From Candidatus Eiseniibacteriota bacterium (lineage in GTDB: Bacteria; Joyebacterota; Joyebacteria; Joyebacterales; Joyebacteraceae), in the NCBI GenBank assembly GCA_043819135.1, contig JBDRFG010000054.1:1-10343 (forward strand): DNA of 10,343 bases, written 5' to 3'. The translations under genes were made by a program, and so were the position numbers. This document shows positions 1 through 6,190 of this stretch, piece by piece. How positions within the stretch are numbered: position 1 is the first letter of the stretch; each line of letters begins with the position of its first letter. Under the pieces are notes generated by a model that was not told the origin of the DNA, did not search any database, and saw nothing but the letters and a program-made list of their open reading frames with translations.

Positions 1-180
1 GCCCCGCCGTTCGGCATGGGTGGCTTCCTGTGGATCATGTACACCACAGATAACGGCTGCGGTCCGGGCGCTGGTGGCGACGCCGGTGTCATGATCGACG
101 ACGTGAGTTTCAGAGGCCCGTTGGCTGGAACTCCGGTCGAGCCCGTCAGCTGGGGCAGCATCAAGGCCATGTATCGCTAG
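1..180 (+). CDS. 3' end of a probably secreted protein (partial; not in the ORF track) ending in a SWGxIKAxYR-type C-terminal tail
   Basis: Frame 1 is open from base 1 to TAG at 178-180: APPFGMGGFLWIMYTTDNGCGPGAGGDAGVMIDDVSFRGPLAGTPVEPVSWGSIKAMYR*. GVMIDDVSF resembles the last strand of MAM/cleaved-adhesin-like jelly-roll domains. A strong hairpin follows the stop. Confidence 0.85.
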   Translation, partial: APPFGMGGFLWIMYTTDNGCGPGAGGDAGVMIDDVSFRGPLAGTPVEPVSWGSIKAMYR

Positions 181-206
181 ATCTGATTTCCGCTGATCGG
201 AGCATT

Positions 207-238
207 CGTGGGCCCGGGGGAATTCCCTCGGGCCCACG
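207..238 (+). terminator. GC-rich stem-loop after the first CDS (terminator or RNA-stabilising hairpin)
   Basis: CGTGGGCCCG-GGGG-AATT-CCCT-CGGGCCCACG forms a 14-bp stem with one G-U pair, 26 nt after the stop. There is no classical U-tract. Confidence 0.6.
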
Positions 239-275
239 GTGCGTACGGGGTCTTTGCGCCACGGCCTGACCGCTG

Positions 276-304
276 TTGACGCCGGGCGCGCTTGCGGATA
301 GCAT
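276..304 (+). promoter_or_regulatory. sigma70-type promoter for the GT-C remnant/PAP2 unit
   Basis: TTGACG (276-281), 17-bp spacer, TAGCAT (299-304). Confidence 0.65.
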
Positions 305-404
305 ACGGGGGCCGTAAGCTCGGAAGTGCAACAGCAAGGGTGCACACCCGCGACGCGGCCGGAACACGGTCCGTGCCGGGAGGGGAGAGGAGTCTGGGCC
401 GCGC

Positions 405-776
405 TTGAGAACCCGCACCTACATGCTGATCGCGCTCCTCCTGATGCTGGCGTCGGTGGGCTACTTTCTCTGGTCGGAGCTGTCCACCGCCGGGACCTGT
501 GGTTTCCCGCTGGACGACAGCTGGATCCACGCGCAGTTCGCGAGGAACATCGCTCTTAGCAACGGGTTCTCCTACAACCCGGGCGTCCCCGTTTCCGGCT
601 CCACCGCTCCGCTCTGGACGCTGCTGACGGCAGTTGGATATCTCATCACCGGTGACCCCGTGCTCGCGACGAAGGTGCTTGGCGTGCTGTTCTTGGGGCT
701 GACCGTCTTCTTCATGTACACGCTGGTCCAGACGATCTCCAACGATCCAAGACAAGCGCTGTTCGCGGCCGCCTGA
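405..776 (+). pseudogene. N-terminal fragment of a GT-C fold (ArnT/PMT-like) membrane glycosyltransferase
   Basis: A TM helix is followed by PLDDSWIHAQFARNIALSNGFSYNPG..SGSTAPLW, the DD-containing first extracytoplasmic loop of this group, then further hydrophobic helices. It stops after 123 aa, whereas such enzymes are usually several hundred aa with about 10 or more TM helices. The next gene starts 27 nt later, leaving no room for the rest. Start is TTG 405 or ATG 423. Confidence 0.75.
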
Positions 777-803
777 GGGCGACGGTGAGCAGAAGGAAGG
801 GAC

Positions 804-1412
804 ATGATGATCGGTCAGCTCTTTGATGTTGACGCGGCGCTGTTCGTCTTTCTGAACACGAAGCTCACACACCCCGTTCTTGACTCGGTGATGCCGTTCA
901 TCACTCATCAAGAGAACTGGTATCCGGTGCTTATCGGACTCTGGCTGGGTCTTGTCATCTGGGGCGGGCGGCGCGGGAGGATGGCTGCCGTGGCGCTCGT
1001 GATCGCGATCGCGCTGACCGACCAGATCGCCTGCAGTGTCCTCAAGCCACTGGTGGGGAGGGTACGACCCTGTAACGCCCTGTCCCCGGAGCAGTGTCGC
1101 CTTCTCGTCGCGCGGTCTTCCGCGATGTCCTTTCCGTCGGCCCACGCCGCCAACTCATTCGCCATGGCCACTGTGGCATCGTGGCGGCTCAGCTGGTTCG
1201 CCCCGCTTCTGTTCCTTGTCGCGGCCGCGGTCGCATACTCCAGGGTCTACGTGGGTGTGCACTACCCGCTCGACTCGATCGCCGGAGCGATTCTCGGGGC
1301 GCTGCTCGGGCGGTTCGCCATCTGGCTGGTCGTCGCGGTGAGGCGGCGGTGGGACAGGTGGTGGGAGATTCGACGGATGGACACGGGAAGGCCCGGCGAG
1401 GCCGCGGCCTGA
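804..1412 (+). CDS. PAP2-family membrane phosphatase (undecaprenyl-pyrophosphate/lipid phosphatase-like)
   Basis: All three PAP2 motifs are present: KPLVGRVRP, FPSAH and SRVYVGVHYPLD. Several TM segments; purine-rich RBS AAGGAAGGGA upstream. Confidence 0.93.
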   Translation: MMIGQLFDVDAALFVFLNTKLTHPVLDSVMPFITHQENWYPVLIGLWLGLVIWGGRRGRMAAVALVIAIALTDQIACSVLKPLVGRVRPCNALSPEQCRLLVARSSAMSFPSAHAANSFAMATVASWRLSWFAPLLFLVAAAVAYSRVYVGVHYPLDSIAGAILGALLGRFAIWLVVAVRRRWDRWWEIRRMDTGRPGEAAA

Positions 1413-1425
1413 GGTCCGGGCAGCC

Positions 1426-1475
1426 GCCTTGCCGCTCTGCCCTGACCCCCGCTTCGCCGCCCTGCCCTGACTCCC
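1426..1475. repeat. Imperfect 25-bp tandem duplication between convergent genes
   Basis: GCCGCTCTGCCCTGACCCCC (1431-1450) and GCCGCCCTGCCCTGACTCCC (1456-1475) match at 18/20 positions, with a period of 25 bp. Confidence 0.7.
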
Positions 1476-1501
1476 TGCGGGTTAGGACGTTCCCGCCGCC
1501 C

Positions 1502-4126
1502 CTAGTCTGATTTGCTCATCTGCTCGGCCGGTTCCGGACGACGCAGGATGGTCAGCGGATTCTCGAGATACTTCTGCGCAACGGCGAGCACCTGCTCCTT
1601 GGTGACGGCCTTGATCTTCGCCGCGTAATCGTCGGTGTAATCGTAGCCGAGCCCGTAGAGCTCCGCTATGCCCGCGTCGCTCGCCTGCGATGCGTTCGTC
1701 TGCCGGGACGTCTGCCTCATGATCACGCAGAGCTGCTTCGCCTTGTCGAGTTCGTCGTCGTCGACGAGTTCCGTCGCGATACGCTCCATGTCGCCGTCGA
1801 TGATCTCAATGGCCTGGTCGAGCGCCTCGTCATAGGTTGCCGCGTAGATGCCGAAGTAGCCGGCATCGAGTCCCGTGAAGTTGTAGGCGTGAACCACGTA
1901 GACGAGCTGGTTGCCACGAAGGTCCGTATGGAGCCAGCCACCCGGGTAGTAGATGCCCGACGTGACCGCGTCCAGAACGTCCATGGCGTAGCCGTCGCTG
2001 GAGGAATAGGGCATTCCGTGATAGCCGCGGAAGATGACGGTCTGCGCACGGTCGTGGTAGCTCGTCACCGTTTCGGGGCTCGTCCGGGCCGGCTCGGACA
2101 CGCTGCGAGGCGCCACGTCCTCGCCCGGCTTCCAGGTACTGAACACCTTCTCGACCATCGTGATGGCCTCGTCCTTATCGACGTCCCCGAAAACGGTGAG
2201 AACCGTGTTGCCTGGAGTGACGTAGGCGCCGTGGTGCGCAATGAGATCGTCACGCGTGAACGCCGACACCGTCTCGGCCGTGCCGGCCGAACACCTGCCG
2301 TACGGATGTCTGTCGAAGAGTTCGATCAGCATACGGTCCATCGCGTCCGTGTTCCAGTCGTCGCTGCGCGCTGCCAGACTAGCCTGAATGAGCTCGCGCT
2401 CCTTCTCCATCTCTTCGGCATCGAACTTCGGGTTCATGAGGATGTCCGCGAAGACCTCAAGGCCGTCCTCGAGGTCCTCCGCGAGAAGCGTCATCTCTGA
2501 CTGGATGCGCGTGTGGTTCGCCGAGCAGTTGTAGGATGCGCCCATCGTGTCGAACGTCTCGGAGATCTTCCCGCCGCCTCTCTTCTTCGTGCCGCGGGGC
2601 ATCATGTTGGCGACGAAGTTCGCGAGGCCGTTGCCGTCCTCCGGGTCCATTCGTGCGCCGCCCAGTGTGAAGCTGCCGACCGACACCACCGGATTGGTGT
2701 GGTTCTCCTTTAGGAGCACCGTGAGTCCGTTGTCCATCATGTGCCTCTCGATGTGCCCGACCTCCGGTGCATCGCTGATCGACCGCACGTCCACCGACTC
2801 TTCGTCCCTCATGGGCTCGAGGACCGCGATGCTGATGTTGTCGTCGAAGAAGTAGCGGTTGACCGCGTCCCGAATCTCCTCCGCCGTGGTCTCCTGGATG
2901 CGCTCCGCGTAGATCCTGCCCCAGAACTCCGGGTTGCCCGCTCCGAGTTCGGACGTGCCCAGACTGGCGGCGCGTCCCTCGAGTTCCTGCCGCTCATAGT
3001 AGAACTCGGCAGTCTTGATCTTCTTCGCCTTGCCGAGCTCGTCGTTTCCGACCTTCCTGGTCCTGAGGGCGTAGATCTCGTCCAGCGCCACCTCTATGCC
3101 GGCATCGATGTTGGCGGGGTCCATTGTCATCACGATGCCGAAGGAGCCGGCGTCGTATGCGGGTGTGTGCGAATAGGTGGAGACGCTGTAGGCGAGGCCC
3201 AGTTCATCGACGAGCTTCTGATGGAGCCGGGAGCTTCGCCCCTCGGAGAGAATGTGCGACAGAATGTCGAGCGGGTACATGTCCGGGTTCGATAGCGGCA
3301 CCGTGTGGAAGCCGACCCTGACGTAGGCCATCTCCAGGTCGCGTTCTTCCCTGAGTTCGCGCCGCCCCATCTGCTCGGGCTCGTCGTGGATCGGAGGGAA
3401 CACGACGGGCCTGCGCTCGAAGTCCTGGAACGTCTCACGGATCTTCTCGTAGGCCTCCGCGGTGTCGAAGTCACCGGCGGCCACAAAGACGATGTTGTTC
3501 GGGACGTAGAAGTTGTTGTGATACTTGAGTGCGTCGTCGCGGGTCAGTCTCTCGAAGTTCTCGACGTAGCCGATGACCGGGTACTTGTGGGGCTGCTCGC
3601 GAAACATCACTTCGCCGAACATGTTGTAGATGCGCCTGCCGGGCTCGTCGTACCCCATGTTGATCTCGCGGACGATGATGCCCTGCTGCGTGTCCACCAG
3701 TTCCTGCGGGAACTGGATGTTCATGGCCTTGTCGGCGAGAAGCTCGAGCGCACGATCGAAGTACTCGCTCGAGGTCTCTATGAAGTAGCACGTGTGGTCC
3801 TTGGTCGTGTAGGCGTTCGAGCCGCCGCCGATGTTCTCGATCTCGATCTCGTATTCCTCGGCGGTTCTGTTCTCGGTCGGGCCGTTGGCGACCAGGTGCT
3901 CGCAGAAGTGGGAGACGCCGCAGCCGAGGAACTCGCCCTCGTAGATGCTGCCGGCCTTGACGTAGAACCTCAGATTGACGACCGGCGAGCTGTGATTCTC
4001 CTCCAGGATGACGGTCATGCCGTTCTCCGGCAGGACCTTTCTGAACGTCTCTTCCGCCGGCGCGGCGCCGGCAAGAACGAGTGCCGCGAGCGACGCCAGC
4101 ACGATCAAGCACCTGGTCCGTCTCAT
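1502..4126 (-). CDS. M16 (pitrilysin/insulinase family) zinc metallopeptidase, single-chain two-module form, with signal peptide
   Basis: Inverted zincin motif HFCEH and NAYTT in the N-terminal half. The second M16 module is degenerate (GLANFVANMMPRGT). Start moved to ATG 4126 (MRRTRCLIVLASLAALVLAGAAPA|EE) because of the AAGGAG RBS and the signal peptide; 874 aa. Confidence 0.95.
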   Translation of the reverse strand: MRRTRCLIVLASLAALVLAGAAPAEETFRKVLPENGMTVILEENHSSPVVNLRFYVKAGSIYEGEFLGCGVSHFCEHLVANGPTENRTAEEYEIEIENIGGGSNAYTTKDHTCYFIETSSEYFDRALELLADKAMNIQFPQELVDTQQGIIVREINMGYDEPGRRIYNMFGEVMFREQPHKYPVIGYVENFERLTRDDALKYHNNFYVPNNIVFVAAGDFDTAEAYEKIRETFQDFERRPVVFPPIHDEPEQMGRRELREERDLEMAYVRVGFHTVPLSNPDMYPLDILSHILSEGRSSRLHQKLVDELGLAYSVSTYSHTPAYDAGSFGIVMTMDPANIDAGIEVALDEIYALRTRKVGNDELGKAKKIKTAEFYYERQELEGRAASLGTSELGAGNPEFWGRIYAERIQETTAEEIRDAVNRYFFDDNISIAVLEPMRDEESVDVRSISDAPEVGHIERHMMDNGLTVLLKENHTNPVVSVGSFTLGGARMDPEDGNGLANFVANMMPRGTKKRGGGKISETFDTMGASYNCSANHTRIQSEMTLLAEDLEDGLEVFADILMNPKFDAEEMEKERELIQASLAARSDDWNTDAMDRMLIELFDRHPYGRCSAGTAETVSAFTRDDLIAHHGAYVTPGNTVLTVFGDVDKDEAITMVEKVFSTWKPGEDVAPRSVSEPARTSPETVTSYHDRAQTVIFRGYHGMPYSSSDGYAMDVLDAVTSGIYYPGGWLHTDLRGNQLVYVVHAYNFTGLDAGYFGIYAATYDEALDQAIEIIDGDMERIATELVDDDELDKAKQLCVIMRQTSRQTNASQASDAGIAELYGLGYDYTDDYAAKIKAVTKEQVLAVAQKYLENPLTILRRPEPAEQMSKSD

Positions 4127-4237
4127 GTCTTCTCCTTGTGGATGTCGCCCGCCCGCGGAGGCGCAGTACAAGACCGGCGGGTCCGCTGTTCGCCGGACCG
4201 CCACATTATCATCTCGTTGCTCGTGAACTTGGACTCA

Positions 4238-4266
4238 ACTATAAGGCGGGAGGTTGCACGGGTCAA
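4238..4266 (-). promoter_or_regulatory. sigma70-type promoter for the M16 peptidase
   Basis: Minus strand: TTGACC (4266-4261), 17-bp spacer, TATAGT (4243-4238). Confidence 0.75.
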
Positions 4267-4357
4267 GGAGGCCGGGCGTTTCCTCAGGGACGCGGTCCCG
4301 AGGATCAGGCAGTCCCTCGTGGAAACGGTCGCGCGGGGCCAGGGCCTCTCGCGGGCG

Positions 4358-4386
4358 TTGATTCGGCGTCTTCGACCACCTAAGAT
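4358..4386 (+). promoter_or_regulatory. sigma70-type promoter for the suhB-like gene
   Basis: TTGATT (4358-4363), 17-bp spacer, TAAGAT (4381-4386). Confidence 0.65.
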
Positions 4387-4485
4387 ACGGAAAGGCCACA
4401 GTCGGGAGCGCAGCCTGTGTCCCGGGCGGACCGTCGCGGGGGCCGTTCGCTCTCGACGTTTCGCACACCGGGATCGGACATCCAA

Positions 4486-5253
4486 GTGAATGAACTGACG
4501 ATACTGGCGACTGAGGCGGCCAGGAGTGCCGGGGCCGTCATTCTGGAGGGCTTCGAGAAGCCCCACGACACTTCCATGAAGGGGAGGCGGGAGCTTGTCA
4601 CGGAGATCGACCGGGCGTCCGAGGAGGTCATTATTCGGGCGATCTCCCGCGAGTGCCCGGACGACCTGATCATCGCCGAGGAGACCGCGCCCGAACTCGC
4701 CGAGTCCTCGAGGGTCTGGATAGTCGACCCGCTGGACGGCACGAACAACTACGCTCACGGATACCCGTTCTTCTGCGTCGCCATCGCGCTGGAAGAGGAA
4801 GGTGAACTGGCCGCGGGCGTCGTCTACGATCCGCTGAGGGACGAGATGTTCGTCGCGGAGAAAGGACACGGCGCGTCAGTCAACGGTCAGCCGATGCGGG
4901 TCTCGGGCAACGCCCTTCTGTTGGAGTCGCTGGTGGCGACCGGGTTCCCCTACGACCGCACCAGTGAATCAGGCAACAACCTCGATAACCTCAACCGTTT
5001 CGTAATCGCGGTCCGTGGGATCAGGCGCGGAGGGTCGGCCGAACTCGATCTCGTCTACGTTGCCCGCGGCAGGCTCGACGGCTTCTGGGAGCAGGGGCTC
5101 AAGACCTGGGACGTCTCGGCCGGAGGCATCATCGTGGGGGAGGCCGGCGGCGTCGTCACGAACTTCTGCGGCGGCGGATGGGACCATCGCAGGGGAGATG
5201 TCGTTGCCACGAACGGCCTCATCCACGGACAGATGCTGGAACTGATCAGATAG
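4486..5253 (+). CDS. suhB: Inositol monophosphatase family protein
   Basis: Motifs LVTEID, IIAEE, WIVDPLDGTNNY, TGFPYD, RRGGSAELDL and WDVSAG. GTG 4486 gives a typical length of 255 aa; the exact start is uncertain. Confidence 0.9.
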   Translation: MNELTILATEAARSAGAVILEGFEKPHDTSMKGRRELVTEIDRASEEVIIRAISRECPDDLIIAEETAPELAESSRVWIVDPLDGTNNYAHGYPFFCVAIALEEEGELAAGVVYDPLRDEMFVAEKGHGASVNGQPMRVSGNALLLESLVATGFPYDRTSESGNNLDNLNRFVIAVRGIRRGGSAELDLVYVARGRLDGFWEQGLKTWDVSAGGIIVGEAGGVVTNFCGGGWDHRRGDVVATNGLIHGQMLELIR

Positions 5254-5284
5254 CCGCGCTGTTCCCCAATACGGAGGATGACAC

Positions 5285-5523
5285 GTGAGCTGCACGAGAC
5301 GCGCGCGGAGGCATGCGCGGCCCCTTGCATGGGCAGGTCCGCCGGCGCCGATGACGAGGTCAGCGAACAGCGCTTCGACCTCGACTTCCTCTACGGATGG
5401 GAGTTCAGCCCCGGAAGCATGCTCTACGTGGCCTACACGCAGCCGCTCGAGCGGCAGGGCGGGACGACCGACGTGCTGGACCCCGTGGCAACGGTCAAGC
5501 TGTCCTACCTGATGAACCTGTAG
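5285..5523 (+). pseudogene. Internally deleted remnant of a probable outer-membrane beta-barrel protein (DUF5916-like C-terminus)
   Basis: GGAGG (5273-5277) is well spaced for GTG 5285, which gives a signal-peptide-like start MSCTRRARRHARPLAWAG. A different frame from about 5335 to TAG 5523 encodes RFDLDFLYGWEFSPGSMLYVAYTQ...VATVKLSYLMNL. This matches the WE(Y/F)xPGSxxYxxY...KxSY pattern I recognise from the last strands of DUF5916-type proteins. Confidence 0.65.
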
Positions 5524-5625
5524 TTGCGGTCCACCGAGCGCCACCGCGTGCGGCTCACGTAGCGTCGCGCGGCTACTTGGGGGGTGTCCTGGGTTGGCTG
5601 TGTGGTGTCTCTGCGCGATACCGGC

Positions 5626-5655
5626 TTGATTCGGGCCCGCTCCAGACAATATACT
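5626..5655 (+). promoter_or_regulatory. sigma70-type promoter for the tolC remnant-rsgA-glmU-like unit
   Basis: TTGATT (5626-5631), 18-bp spacer, TATACT (5650-5655). Confidence 0.65.
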
Positions 5656-5703
5656 CACCGCATTGTGCATCCCAACGCCAGGCTGTGCTTTCGGGGGACT
5701 CCG

Positions 5704-6190
5704 ATGAATCGAAGGATCACATGCGTCGTTCTGGCGCTGGCAGCCGCGCTGACCATCGCGCCCGCCTACCGCGGCGTCTCCGCTCGCGAGCTGGGCATCG
5801 GCACGGCCGTCGACACGGCGCTCGAGCGCAACCTCTCGCTCGAGGCTGCGCGGCAGGACTACGAGTCCGCCAAGTGGGGGCTTCGCAGCGCTCGCTCCTC
5901 GCTCTTCCCGTCCGTCCGCCTGTCGTCGACGTGGGGCCCGATGGCCGCGGCTCTCGGCTGGGGGCCTTGCGTTCGCCACGGTGCTCACGCTGTTCGCTGT
6001 TCCATCGCTCTTCTCGATCGTCGACGACATCCGCGCGAAGTACGGCAAGCTCGATGTTGACGGCGAGACGCAGCCAACCCTCGAGTGTTCGTTCACGGAC
6101 GGGCTCGTGCAGCCGGAAGGCGGCCGTCCTGGCTCGGGTAGTGAGCCGCCGCGTTACGACAGCGAGGACGAAGAGGAGTCGCCGGCATGA
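5704..6190 (+). pseudogene. Chimeric remnant: TolC-family N-terminus fused to the last TM helix and tail of an AcrB/RND-family permease, with a +1 frameshift
   Basis: From ATG 5704: signal peptide, then LGIGTAVDTALERNLSLEAARQDYESAKWGLRSARSSLFPSVRLS (TolC/OEP start), then WGPMAAALGW. Removing one G from the G5 run at 5960-5964 continues the frame as GLAFATVLTLFAVPSLFSIVDD (RND TM12 pattern) to TGA 6188-6190. Confidence 0.85.

Noticed and set aside
305..404. Leader with small hairpins and a GGAAG...CAGC segment loosely like SRP RNA or a riboswitch
   Set aside because: No proper SRP domain IV or known aptamer consensus could be built by eye.
774..803. The GT-C fragment is in frame with PAP2, separated only by two TGA codons (774, 786), suggesting readthrough or TGA recoding
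   Set aside because: PAP2, rsgA and the glmU-like gene end properly at TGA, no intact gene has an internal TGA, and PAP2 has its own RBS. A shared frame is a 1-in-3 coincidence.
177..1145. 322-aa minus-strand ORF
   Set aside because: Antisense to the GT-C remnant and PAP2; Arg/His/Gln-rich shadow composition.
4127..4204. 26-aa N-terminal extension of the M16 ORF (likewise 9519-9575 for PDZ and 5584-5703 for TolC)
   Set aside because: Downstream ATGs have RBS-like sequences and start directly with signal peptides; the TolC extension also overlaps its predicted promoter.
3305..4489. 394-aa plus-strand ORF
   Set aside because: Antisense shadow of the M16 gene caused by GC-rich codon bias; no recognisable motifs.
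4969..6096. 375-aa minus-strand ORF
   Set aside because: Crosses suhB, two remnants and a promoter on the opposite strand; no protein-like signal.
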